64,000 nt of DNA from Candidatus Sulfopaludibacter sp. SbA3 (GTDB lineage Bacteria > Acidobacteriota > Vicinamibacteria > Vicinamibacterales > UBA2999). Both the position numbers and the translations under genes were made by a program. The notes below the pieces were generated by a model that was not told the DNA's origin, did not search any database, and was given only the letters and a program-made list of their open reading frames with translations. Shown in pieces: positions 43,022-52,336 of this stretch (within the stretch, counting starts at the first letter, position 1; the number at the start of each line of letters is the position of its first letter). Where the stretch lies: contig CAMDNQ010000009.1 of NCBI GenBank assembly GCA_945903265.1, forward strand, positions 75,664-139,663, in the 5' to 3' direction.

Positions 43022-44716
43022 CTATGACAGAGAGGGCTTTCGTCCAATGACGCGCAGGTTCTTCCCGTAGGCGCCAGCGTTGGCAAAGAACTGGAGCCGA
43101 TCGGCAATCGCCTCGACCCCCGCGTCATCCGCTCCGTGAACCTCCCGCCGGTACCAGAGGTAATCGACGATGTCGAGCCCTTCCGTGGCCACATACTCCG
43201 GCAGCAGTCCCTCGCGGCGCAGGAGATTTCTCATCGTGATCGGCGTGTAGTAGTTGAGGTGATGCGTCGGCCAGATGAAGTGCGCGTCGCGGCCCATCAG
43301 CAACCGGGACGCGGAGTCGTAATTGGGCACATACATGAACAGGATCCCGCCGGGCCGCAGCAGCCGGGTGCACGCCTGTACCGTGCGGACCGGTTCGAGC
43401 AGGTGTTCCAGGACGTCGAACAGGCAGACCGCGTCGAAACTCCCCGGTTCCAGCTCCGCGTCTTCGAGGGCGACGTCGCGCAGGTCGAGCCCACGGCTGC
43501 AACCAAACTCCACGGCCGACGGGTTCAGATCGAGCCCGACGGCGTCCCATCCGCGATCGCGCGCCGCTTCCACCACGAACCCCGTACTGCAGCCGACATC
43601 CAGCATCCGTGGGCGCGGGATAGGCAGGTGGCGCGCCATGATATCCACCCGTTCCCGGCCAAACCGCTCGACGCGATAGGCATGACTGCGGATCCCGAGG
43701 TCCCGGACGATGTCCTGGTACTCCGTTGACCGGTACACCTTCTTGTAATGGGATTCGTCGAACACCGGGCTCACATAGACGAGATCGCACGCCGTGCAGC
43801 GCACGATGCGCATGTGGTCCTTCTCGAGTTCCGGCGTCGCTTCCGCGCCGCCGCACGTCGGGCACCGCCGTGCGGACAGGAGATCGTCGGGAATCTTCCC
43901 GTGCACCCGCACAAGTTCGTCGATTGGATGCGTCCGCTTCTCGATCAGCTGCTTGTACGACCCGCCTGGCCGCAGCTGCGCCACATCGACCGGCTCGTAT
44001 TCATCCGGCCGCCTGTACGAAATCCGCAGGCGATCGTCGCCCAGCGTCCGCTCGATCAACCGCACATCGTCGGCGCTGTCGATATCGAGCGAGTCGGCCG
44101 CGCTCATGACGAACGGCCGGCAGTCATCGCCGTACAGCGACCCGCGCTCCAGCACTTCCGCACGAACCGCGAGCACCGCCGGACCGTTGCGGGCATACAC
44201 GCGCGGCTTGTCCTGGCGGCGGGTCGGGAGCGGACTCTCCGAGTACGGGCGCAGCCGATCGCCGTCAAGCCGCATCACGGATGCCGGTGAGAACTGGTGC
44301 GGCACTTCCACGACGCTGACGACCGAATCGGCCTTGCTGCTCTCGAGCAGTTCTATCGCCCGGTCGATGTGTTCGGCCCGCCGCAGCGGCGAGGTCGGCT
44401 GGAGGAGCACGATGACGTCTGCCGCGGTTCCCTGCCGCTTCAGCTCCGCCACCGCATGCTGCAACACCGCTAGCATGGGAGCCTCGTCGCCCGCGAGATC
44501 GGGCGGACGGAGAAATGGGACGTCCAGACCGAGCCCGCGCGCCGAGTCCGCGATTGCGGGATCGTCCGTGCTCACAATTACGCGCGTCAGCCGCCGGCTC
44601 GCCAGCGCTGCCGACGCGGTGTAGGCAAGGAGAGGACGGCCCGCGACCGTGATCAGGTTCTTGCGCGGAATGCCCTTGGATCCGCCCCGGGCGGGAACGA
44701 CACCAATGACGTTCAT
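43022..44716 (-). CDS. bifunctional fusion: CMP-nonulosonate synthetase (N-terminal) + zinc-ribbon class I SAM methyltransferase (C-terminal)
   Basis: N-terminal VIGVVPARGGSKGIPRKNLITVAGRPLLAYT, LLQPTSPLR. Middle RCPTCGG...CTACDLVYVSPVF. C-terminal MLDVGCSTGFVVEAA, FDAVCLFDVLEHL. The same two modules are separate adjacent genes at 24875..26499. Confidence 0.85.
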   Translation of the reverse strand: MNVIGVVPARGGSKGIPRKNLITVAGRPLLAYTASAALASRRLTRVIVSTDDPAIADSARGLGLDVPFLRPPDLAGDEAPMLAVLQHAVAELKRQGTAADVIVLLQPTSPLRRAEHIDRAIELLESSKADSVVSVVEVPHQFSPASVMRLDGDRLRPYSESPLPTRRQDKPRVYARNGPAVLAVRAEVLERGSLYGDDCRPFVMSAADSLDIDSADDVRLIERTLGDDRLRISYRRPDEYEPVDVAQLRPGGSYKQLIEKRTHPIDELVRVHGKIPDDLLSARRCPTCGGAEATPELEKDHMRIVRCTACDLVYVSPVFDESHYKKVYRSTEYQDIVRDLGIRSHAYRVERFGRERVDIMARHLPIPRPRMLDVGCSTGFVVEAARDRGWDAVGLDLNPSAVEFGCSRGLDLRDVALEDAELEPGSFDAVCLFDVLEHLLEPVRTVQACTRLLRPGGILFMYVPNYDSASRLLMGRDAHFIWPTHHLNYYTPITMRNLLRREGLLPEYVATEGLDIVDYLWYRREVHGADDAGVEAIADRLQFFANAGAYGKNLRVIGRKPSLS

Positions 44717-45882
44717 ACAGCCGCCGGCGTGAAGACGAGCCGCTTCTGCGCTTTCAGGGGCACGCGGGCCAGCAGGTCGGCGATTCGATCACCGGCTTCG
44801 CCATCTCCGTAGAGCGGATTTGAGGGATAGCGCCCGTGCGCCACCTGTTTGGCGATCGCCTCGGCGATCTCACGCCGGTCATAGCCGACGTCGATCACGT
44901 TGGCGCCGCGATCCCGGCCTTCCTGCCGGGTGCCGATATTGACGGCCGGCGCGCCGAGAAACGCGCCCTCCCTGATAGGCGCGCTCGAATTGCCGACGAC
45001 GCAGGAGCACGACAGCATCAGGCGCACGTAGGTGTCGATCGGGAAGTTCTTGTAGAAGCGCACGTACGTCGGTTGGCGCTTCTCACGGAACGTGCGCATG
45101 CCGCTCGAAATGTCTTCCGATCCGGCATCGACGTTGGGCCACAGCATGATCGTCGGCATCTTCAGATCATCGAGCGCCAGCAGCGTCTCCCAGATCTGCT
45201 CTTTCCCGTGTCCGTACTCCGTGGTTACGGGGTGCTGGTTCACGAGCAGGAAGGGCTGCGTCGGGTCGATGTGCGCGCCGACGCCTTCGCGCGTCAGCCA
45301 CTCGGCGTGCGGCATGGCGTCGGTGCTCCGCGCGATCTCCGCGACGAGGTCGATGCGGGGACAGCCGACGACATGCACCGTGTTGGGATGTTCGCCCATG
45401 CGGACGATGCGATCGCCTGCGGCCGCATTGGCGGGAAAATGAATGTGGGACATCTTCGTCACCGCATGACGAATGCTCTCGTCGATCGTGCCGCTGATCT
45501 CCCCTCCCATCGTGTGCGCGACTGGAATGTTCATGTACGCGGCCGCAATTGCGGTCGCCATCGTTTCAAATCGATCGCCGACGCTGACGACCACATCCGG
45601 TTTGAGGAGCTCGAAGATGGTGGGCAGTTCCAGCAGCCCGAGGCCGGTCGATTTCGCCATGGTCGCGGGCGTCTCCCCTTCGACGATCATGGTGACGCGG
45701 GCTGATGGCGTGAACCCGTCGGACTCGATCAGATCGACGACCGCTCCGAAGCGGTCGAGGAGCGCTGACGCGCCCACGACAAGCTGGAGCTCCAGGGACG
45801 GGTGCGCCTTGACCGCGCGCATCACGGACTTGATGCTGCTGTAGTTGGCGCGAGAGCCGATGAAGATGCAGATTTTTCGCAC
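44713..45882 (-). CDS. neuC: UDP-N-acetylglucosamine 2-epimerase, hydrolysing type (NeuC family), second copy
   Basis: ICIFIGSRANYSSIKSVM, DRFETMATAIAAAYMNIPVAHTMGGEISGTIDESIRHAVTKMSHIH, GNSSAPIREGAFLGAPAVNIGTRQ. Confidence 0.9.
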   Translation of the reverse strand: MRKICIFIGSRANYSSIKSVMRAVKAHPSLELQLVVGASALLDRFGAVVDLIESDGFTPSARVTMIVEGETPATMAKSTGLGLLELPTIFELLKPDVVVSVGDRFETMATAIAAAYMNIPVAHTMGGEISGTIDESIRHAVTKMSHIHFPANAAAGDRIVRMGEHPNTVHVVGCPRIDLVAEIARSTDAMPHAEWLTREGVGAHIDPTQPFLLVNQHPVTTEYGHGKEQIWETLLALDDLKMPTIMLWPNVDAGSEDISSGMRTFREKRQPTYVRFYKNFPIDTYVRLMLSCSCVVGNSSAPIREGAFLGAPAVNIGTRQEGRDRGANVIDVGYDRREIAEAIAKQVAHGRYPSNPLYGDGEAGDRIADLLARVPLKAQKRLVFTPAAV

Positions 45883-45906
45883 GTTGGTATCCCGATTGAT
45901 GACTGG

Positions 45907-48900
45907 TTAACGGCCTTCTCCACCCGGTTTCGCGGGCCGCTGCAGCACGACCGTCGCGACGTAATAGCGTGCGAGCCTGAGGCTGCGCATCACATGGCGA
46001 GGCACTTTGCGGAGATCCCGGCCGGCCGCGCGCGCGACACGCGAGGTGCGGCGGCCGAGCCCACGGCCGAGCCTGCGTCCGGCGGCGCGGACGGCCTGCC
46101 CCAGGCCGGTGCCGGATGGCTCAGGCGCGCCGGGCGCCGGCGTCCCGAGCCAGAGCATCGCCGCCAGCGGCCAGAACAGCACGCGCAGCACACGCGACGT
46201 GCCCCGTTCGCGCTCCTCGGATGCGGCGCCCTGTAGCGCGAGCTGCTGAATCGCATCCGCAAGAATCGGCGTACACGGTCTGCTGACGCCGTGCGGCCGG
46301 AGGAAGGACCCCACGAACCGCTCCGTCTCGCTGCGCACGAGCGCCGGATCGCGCAGCACCGTGACGAGCTGTTCGAGATGGTCCGGGAGTGAATTGGCGA
46401 CCCTGACAAATCCGCCGTTTTCCGGACGCAGGTAGCGGAAATGGAGCGTCCCGTCCTGGGTACCGGCGAATGTCGGCGACAGCAGCGACAGCACCGGCTT
46501 GCCGAGAATCGCGGCCTCAATCATCGCACTGGTGTTGATGCCGACGACGGCCTGGCAGTAGGAGAGCGAATCGAACAGCGTGGCGCGCGCATCCTCCGCC
46601 ACCGGCGTGTACCGCGCCCTGGGCCAGATCGCGACGGCGCCGAGATCCGACAAATCGGCGGTCGTCCATGCCACCGGGTTGAACGGGTGCGGCCGCACGA
46701 GAATGGCGGCCTCGCGGAGCAGCGGATCGCTGCTGGCCCGCATGCCTTCGATCCACTCGCGCACGAACGGGACCTCGTACTCCGAGCGTGCGATGAAGAC
46801 CGACGATCCGGTAAACAGCACAAACGGGCGGTCGTCCGGCAGGCCGACCATCCGGCAGAAGTCGCTCCGGCTCTGGCTCGGCTGACGCTCGAACCAGTGA
46901 TCGAACGGCTGGGCGCCGGTGACGACGACGCGATCGGGTTTCACGCCGTGCAGCTCGACGGCCTCGAGCTTCTGCCGCTCGTTCCACACGGCGACCGCGT
47001 CGGGCTCGACGCGGATGTGACCCTTGTTCGTGAGATTGTCCCAGCTCGCGATGGCCGCCATCACGGGAATGCCCGCTGCCCTGGCGGCACGAACCGCATC
47101 CACCTGGTCCGACGCGGCGTCAATCAACGGCGACACCACGAGCACGTCGGGCGCCTGGCTGTCGAGGAACTGCGCCATTGACGCACTGACGGGCACCGCG
47201 CGCTCGCAGGCCTGCAGGCCTCGAATCAGTCGATTCACGCGTGACGGCCGCATCGACCGGATTCGATTGAGAAGGCCGAGCCATGACGGCAGCACCTTGC
47301 GATACATCCGGTTCCGGAGCACCGGCGCATCGGCGTACCGCGGATCGAGATACCGGACAAAATCCATCGTTCCGCGAATCGCGCGCGCCAGCGGCATCCA
47401 GACGTCCTGCCGCTCCGGCACCACCCCCGCGATCTCGATCCGGTCGTCGTCGATCAAATCGAGCCGGGCGTGCTTCCGCTCCCGCAACGAATTGACCGCC
47501 AGGACGACGCTGTGCCCCCGATCGGCGAGGAGCTTCATGGTGGAATCGTAGTACCGCAGGTATTCCGGAGACGCGACCGCGAACAGAATCCGCATCGAGG
47601 GCCCTGGCGCGGTGCGCGGGGTGCGCCGTGGGTCTCGCTGCTGCCGGAGCAGCACCGCCACACGAGCGCTCGCCGCCACCGGCCATAACGCCAGACGACG
47701 CACGGCCACTGACCACGTATCCGGCCGGCGCGAGACGGCTGGCGCCGCCGCGCACGCTTCGAGCGCGTCGACGACGCGCGGCGCGGCCGGAACATCCAGA
47801 CCATGCGGCCGCACGAAGGCTTCGACAAACGCGCGGCTCTTCGACGGGTCGTAGGAACCATTGAGCGTCCTGGAGAGCTGATCCAGGTGCTCGTCCATCG
47901 CGCGGCCGACCTGCAGGAGTCCGCCATTGACCGTCTTCAGATGCTGAAAGTGCAGTGTGCCTTCCTGCTGGCCGGCAAACTCGTCGGCGAGCAGCGTGAA
48001 GACGGGACGCCCGACGATGCCAGATTCGATGAGCGCGCTCGTGTTCACGCCGATGACCGCAGCGCTGTAGAACATGGAATCGAAATACTCGGCCCGCGCG
48101 TTCGGGTCGAGCGGATTCGCGCCACCTCGCGGCCATATCGCGACGGCGTCAAGCGCTGTCGTGTCGACGTCACGCCATTGCCCCGCGTTCTGCGGATGCG
48201 GCCGGATCAGAATGGCGGCCCGCTGCAGCTCCGGGTCCGCGGCGCTCCGTACGGCGTGGATCCATCGGCGCACGAAGGCCACCTCGTGAGGCGTGATGAA
48301 CGGCGACGAGCAGAGGTACAGCAGCAGAGGACGGTCATCCGGAAGACCCGCGGTCCGGCAGAATTCGCTCCGCGACACGCTGGGCTGCGAGGTGAACCAC
48401 CGATCGTAGGCCTGCGCGCCCGTCACAATCACGCGCGACGGATCGATCCCGTGCAGTTCCGCCGCTTCGCGCCGCTGCATTTCGTTCCAGACCATCACGT
48501 GGTCTGGCGCTTCATGGATGAGGCCCTTGGTCGTCAGGTGATCCCAGCTTCCGACTCCGAGCACGGTCCGGATGCCGGCGGCCCGGGCGGCGCGTACGTA
48601 GTCCACCTGGGTGGATCCGAAATACAGAAGCGGTGTCAGGAGCAGGAGATCCGGCTGCTGGTCCCGCAGCAGACGCCGAGCGCCGTCGGCCGGCGGCATC
48701 GCGCGCTCCAGCCACGCCACCACGCCGCGCCAGATCCGCATCGCCGCGGAAGAGCCGACGAGAGGCCAGCGCGGCAGGCGGACGGCCAGCGCTGGCGCCT
48801 GACGCTCCGCGCGGGCCCGCAGGCTCGCCGCGTTGTCGAACCGGGGACCGAGATAGCGCCAGTAGTCGAGCGTCAGCCGCAGCGCCGACGCCAGGGGATG

Positions 48901-49107
48901 CCACGGCGAACTCCCGCGGGACGCATACGCGTGCGTGATCTGCGCTGGATAGTCACGCTCGAGCGCTTCGACGGTGCGCATCCCGCCGACGCTGTCCTGC
49001 CGGTCAGCGACCAGATGCACCCGGTGGCCGCGGTCGGCAAGCAGGCGGAGCGCCGGCTCGAAATTCCGCAGGAATCCAAAGCTGCCGAGACAGAAGAGCA
49101 ATTTCAT
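45907..49107 (-). CDS. tandem double HP-family protein (copies 6 and 7 in one 1066-aa chain)
   Basis: Domain 1: MKLLFCLGSFGFLRNFEPALRLLADRGHRVHL, VGSWDHLTTKGLI, ILIRPHPQNAGQW. Domain 2 begins at in-frame ATG 47595 (MRILFAVASPEYLRYYDSTMKLLADRGHSVVL): IASWDNLTNKGHI, ILVRPHPFNPVAW. No stop codon between the halves. Confidence 0.82.
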   Translation of the reverse strand: MKLLFCLGSFGFLRNFEPALRLLADRGHRVHLVADRQDSVGGMRTVEALERDYPAQITHAYASRGSSPWHPLASALRLTLDYWRYLGPRFDNAASLRARAERQAPALAVRLPRWPLVGSSAAMRIWRGVVAWLERAMPPADGARRLLRDQQPDLLLLTPLLYFGSTQVDYVRAARAAGIRTVLGVGSWDHLTTKGLIHEAPDHVMVWNEMQRREAAELHGIDPSRVIVTGAQAYDRWFTSQPSVSRSEFCRTAGLPDDRPLLLYLCSSPFITPHEVAFVRRWIHAVRSAADPELQRAAILIRPHPQNAGQWRDVDTTALDAVAIWPRGGANPLDPNARAEYFDSMFYSAAVIGVNTSALIESGIVGRPVFTLLADEFAGQQEGTLHFQHLKTVNGGLLQVGRAMDEHLDQLSRTLNGSYDPSKSRAFVEAFVRPHGLDVPAAPRVVDALEACAAAPAVSRRPDTWSVAVRRLALWPVAASARVAVLLRQQRDPRRTPRTAPGPSMRILFAVASPEYLRYYDSTMKLLADRGHSVVLAVNSLRERKHARLDLIDDDRIEIAGVVPERQDVWMPLARAIRGTMDFVRYLDPRYADAPVLRNRMYRKVLPSWLGLLNRIRSMRPSRVNRLIRGLQACERAVPVSASMAQFLDSQAPDVLVVSPLIDAASDQVDAVRAARAAGIPVMAAIASWDNLTNKGHIRVEPDAVAVWNERQKLEAVELHGVKPDRVVVTGAQPFDHWFERQPSQSRSDFCRMVGLPDDRPFVLFTGSSVFIARSEYEVPFVREWIEGMRASSDPLLREAAILVRPHPFNPVAWTTADLSDLGAVAIWPRARYTPVAEDARATLFDSLSYCQAVVGINTSAMIEAAILGKPVLSLLSPTFAGTQDGTLHFRYLRPENGGFVRVANSLPDHLEQLVTVLRDPALVRSETERFVGSFLRPHGVSRPCTPILADAIQQLALQGAASEERERGTSRVLRVLFWPLAAMLWLGTPAPGAPEPSGTGLGQAVRAAGRRLGRGLGRRTSRVARAAGRDLRKVPRHVMRSLRLARYYVATVVLQRPAKPGGEGR

Positions 49108-51455
49108 GACGCGCGGACCTTGACGGGCAGGCGAAGGCGCTTGAATCGCTTCGACCGTTCAGCCGTGACAGCCGCCCAGCCGCCGGTCGCGGCGGCGGCC
49201 TGCAGCCGCTCGATCTGGTCGATGGGAAGCCGCTCGCTGTGGTACGTCGTCGCGGGCGTCCCACAGAACGCCGCAAGGATCGCCATGTCCCCGTAGGCGC
49301 CGACGAACGCCGCGGCGCGCTCCAGCGCGTCCACGCGGTCGGCCAGCGGCAGCCGGTCGAGGCTGACCACATCGCCGGCCGCCGAGGCGTGTCCGGCGAG
49401 TTCGGTCAGAAACTGTCGATGCTCCTCGGTGTCAGGCAGCGCAGCGGTGCATTCGCCGCTCACGGCCACGCCCGACCGCACTGCGGACGCCTGAGGCGCC
49501 GCAGAGGGCGCCGCGGAAAGCGCCTCGTACTTCAGGATCTCCGCGAAACGCGCCAGCTCGCCATCAGCCTGCAGACGGCGGAACGTCCGGAACAGCAGAA
49601 ACGGATGCAGCACCTGCGGTTCTGACAGATCGAACGCGCGCGCCGCGCGCTCGACGATGTCCGCATCGAACGGCGACATCACCGCCTGCTTTGGATCCTG
49701 CTCACTCTGAGGGACGGTGCGCCGTGCCCACTGCGCACCCTCGGAGTCTGAAAACAGCGTGGCGGTGTCCAGGAACCGGTGGGCAATCGACCCGTACCAG
49801 TCACGCTGGCCGCCGTGCGACAACACCACCAGCCGCTCGGGCGGAATGGCATACGCCGCAACCACCCAGCGCACGAACGGAATCCAGTACAGCAGCTCCA
49901 GCCCAATCGAGTCGACCCAGGGGCCGACAAACACCATGGCGGTTCCCTGCTGCACTTCTTCGAGCGCCGTCCTGACAGGCCGCAGTGAGAGTGACGTGCC
50001 GATGACCGTCGAATCGGCCGCGAGCTTCTGCGATCCGCCGCGCCGCCGCAGCCACAGGTACAGTCCGCGACGAAGAGGCGCATAGACCGGCGTGGATGCC
50101 TGCGGACGCTTGCGAACATCGGCGGCCGCCCGTTCGATTTCGGCGGCGAGGAGCGGAGCCACTGGCCGGTCGATGCCGTGCGGCCGCAGGAACTGCCCGG
50201 CAAATGTCCGGCTGCGCGCGGCGCAGATCGGATCCTGCCCGAGGAGCGGCACGAGCTGCCGGTGATGCTCCGGAAAGTCATGCGCCACGGACGCGAGCCC
50301 ACCGTAGGCCTCGACGAGGTAATGAAAGTGCATCGTGCCAGTCTGGCCTTCGTCGAAGCCGGGCATCACGAGCGTGTGCACCGGCCGGCCCACGATGGCG
50401 GCCTCGAGCATGGCGCTCGTGTTGAGACCGACAGCGGCGTGCGCGTGATGGATCGAATCGAACAACTCCTGGTCTCCGCCCCGGCTGGCATCCAGCGACA
50501 GCGCCACATTACCCAGATCGGAGAGGTCGACCGACGTCCATGAATTCCGCACCGCCGGGTGCGGCCGCACCAGAATCCCGCAGGACCGAAGGCGGCTGTC
50601 GTCCGCACGGCGGATTGATTCCGCCCAGCGCCGGACGAGTTCCATTTCGTTGGGCCCGGTCAACTGGGACGACCCGAGGTACAGCACCATGGGCGTCTGC
50701 GCATTCAGCCCGAACGATTCGAGAAATTCCGTTCGGTTGGTCGAGGGCGTTCGCGAGAAGAAATCGTCGAACCGGGCGGCGCCCGTGACCGCCACGATCT
50801 CCGGGGGGCAGCCGTGGAGTTCGATCGCCTCCTGCCGCTGGATGTCGTTCCAGACCAGGACGCGGTCCGGGAGAATGCGCATCAAGCCCTTGTTCGTGAG
50901 GTTGTCCCAGCTGAATGGCACAAAGACCACAGGGATGCCGAGCTTGTGCGCGGCCTTCACGTAATCGGTTTGATACGACTCGAACGTGACGAGCGGCGTC
51001 ACCAGGATCAGGTCGGGGCGTTCTTCGCGAAGAAACGCCTCGAACGCGGCGTCCACCGGGATGAGGTCCTCGCAGAACGCCAGCGCGCGTCCCAGGAGCC
51101 CTGGATGACGCTTGATCCACGCGTGGCGCTCGCAGAAGAGCGCGAACTCGGTCGGCGCAATTTCGTATGCGCGGCGGACCAGCCGTGTCGCCTGCGCGTA
51201 GCGGGGAGCGAAATACCTGGCGTAGTCGCGAGCGCCTCGCAGCAGATCGACGAACTCGCGCCATTCGTCCGCACGCTGCGTCGGATTGACCCGGCCGGAA
51301 ATCCGTTCGTGCGCGACCGCCGACGGCAGTTCGAAGCTGCCCTTCCTGAGCCGGCCGGCGAGGCGAATGTCATGCCCGCGATCGGCGAGCAGCATGAGCG
51401 TGTCGCGAAAGTTGCGAATGCGGCTCGTCGCGCCGAGGAGAAACAGGATCTTCAT
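49104..51455 (-). CDS. HP-family domain (copy 8) fused to a C-terminal LYW domain (copy 4)
   Basis: 783 aa. MKILFLLGATSRIRNFRDTLMLLADRGHDIRL, PFSWDNLTNKGLM, ILVRPHPAVRNSW, AVGLNTSAMLEAAIVGRPV. Then VFVGPWVDSIGLELLYWIPFVRW, VLHPFLLF, AAFVGAYGDMAILAAFCGT (LYW domain roughly 49104..49960). Confidence 0.8.
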   Translation of the reverse strand: MKILFLLGATSRIRNFRDTLMLLADRGHDIRLAGRLRKGSFELPSAVAHERISGRVNPTQRADEWREFVDLLRGARDYARYFAPRYAQATRLVRRAYEIAPTEFALFCERHAWIKRHPGLLGRALAFCEDLIPVDAAFEAFLREERPDLILVTPLVTFESYQTDYVKAAHKLGIPVVFVPFSWDNLTNKGLMRILPDRVLVWNDIQRQEAIELHGCPPEIVAVTGAARFDDFFSRTPSTNRTEFLESFGLNAQTPMVLYLGSSQLTGPNEMELVRRWAESIRRADDSRLRSCGILVRPHPAVRNSWTSVDLSDLGNVALSLDASRGGDQELFDSIHHAHAAVGLNTSAMLEAAIVGRPVHTLVMPGFDEGQTGTMHFHYLVEAYGGLASVAHDFPEHHRQLVPLLGQDPICAARSRTFAGQFLRPHGIDRPVAPLLAAEIERAAADVRKRPQASTPVYAPLRRGLYLWLRRRGGSQKLAADSTVIGTSLSLRPVRTALEEVQQGTAMVFVGPWVDSIGLELLYWIPFVRWVVAAYAIPPERLVVLSHGGQRDWYGSIAHRFLDTATLFSDSEGAQWARRTVPQSEQDPKQAVMSPFDADIVERAARAFDLSEPQVLHPFLLFRTFRRLQADGELARFAEILKYEALSAAPSAAPQASAVRSGVAVSGECTAALPDTEEHRQFLTELAGHASAAGDVVSLDRLPLADRVDALERAAAFVGAYGDMAILAAFCGTPATTYHSERLPIDQIERLQAAAATGGWAAVTAERSKRFKRLRLPVKVRAS

Positions 51456-52336
51456 TCGGAAGCGAGCGCCGGCCGCAGCCGGGACAGTTCACGGCGTGTG
51501 GAGAGTCTCAGCTGCAGTGCGGCCAGCTTCAACCCGGTCCACCTGGAGATCGCGGCGCCTCCGCGGCGCCGCACCGCGAGATCCCACAGGAGTAATCCGA
51601 AATGCTGGACGTTCGGGGGCAGGTACGCGTACGGAGGAACTCGTCCTGCAAACAACATCCGGCGCTGACGAGGCAGGCTGAATCCCCCCGCGACTTCGCG
51701 GTACCAGAGCATTTCAGGCGCGCAGGTGAACTCTCCGATAAGGGCGAGGCGCACAAGAATCTCGAGGTCAGGCATGAGCACCGGCCTGAAGACACCCGCA
51801 TCCGCGAGGGCGCGCGTCCGGAACAGCCCGTAGACGCAGTTACCCGCCGCCGCCGCGAGAGCCGTCCGGCGCAGCCGCTCGCCGGGATCCCGGACGCCTG
51901 CCGTCTCGAACGGCACCGGCATCCGGCGGCGTTCACGCGGGTAGACGCGCACGGTCTGGGGGTACGCGAGCACCGACCGTGGATTCTGGTCAAGGATCGA
52001 GACGAGCACCTCGAGCCACCGCGGATGCCAGACGTCGTGATCGCTGACCCATGCAAAATAGTCGGCGCCTGGAAACAGCTCCCTCCCCCGCTGAAACGTC
52101 CGGCGCCAGTTGCCAATCATGCCGAGGCGTGTCGCGTTCACCTCGTACACGATTCGGTGGTCCACCGACGAATAGGTGCGGACGATCGCCTCAATGGCAG
52201 GCGAAGGCGCGTCGTCCACGATGACGATCGCGAAATCACCGAAGGTCTGATCGAGCAACGACTCCAGCGCGCGCGCGAGCGTGTCCGGCCGGTTGTAGGC
52301 GGCCAGTCCAAGAACCACGCGCGGGCTGGGCGTCAT
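51452..52336 (-). CDS. family-2 glycosyltransferase (paralog of 54013..54951)
   Basis: ATG 52336 in an ATGA overlap. RVVLGLAAYNRPDTLARALESLLDQTFGDFAIVIVDDAPSP, YFAWVSDHDVWHPRWLE. Confidence 0.85.
   Translation of the reverse strand: MTPSPRVVLGLAAYNRPDTLARALESLLDQTFGDFAIVIVDDAPSPAIEAIVRTYSSVDHRIVYEVNATRLGMIGNWRRTFQRGRELFPGADYFAWVSDHDVWHPRWLEVLVSILDQNPRSVLAYPQTVRVYPRERRRMPVPFETAGVRDPGERLRRTALAAAAGNCVYGLFRTRALADAGVFRPVLMPDLEILVRLALIGEFTCAPEMLWYREVAGGFSLPRQRRMLFAGRVPPYAYLPPNVQHFGLLLWDLAVRRRGGAAISRWTGLKLAALQLRLSTRRELSRLRPALASE

Noticed and set aside
47593-47595. Internal ATG that could start a separate gene for the second half of 45907..49107.
   Set aside because: There is no stop codon between the two halves in the given sequence, so I annotate a single fused ORF. 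Independent internal initiation cannot be excluded, but nothing visible supports it.
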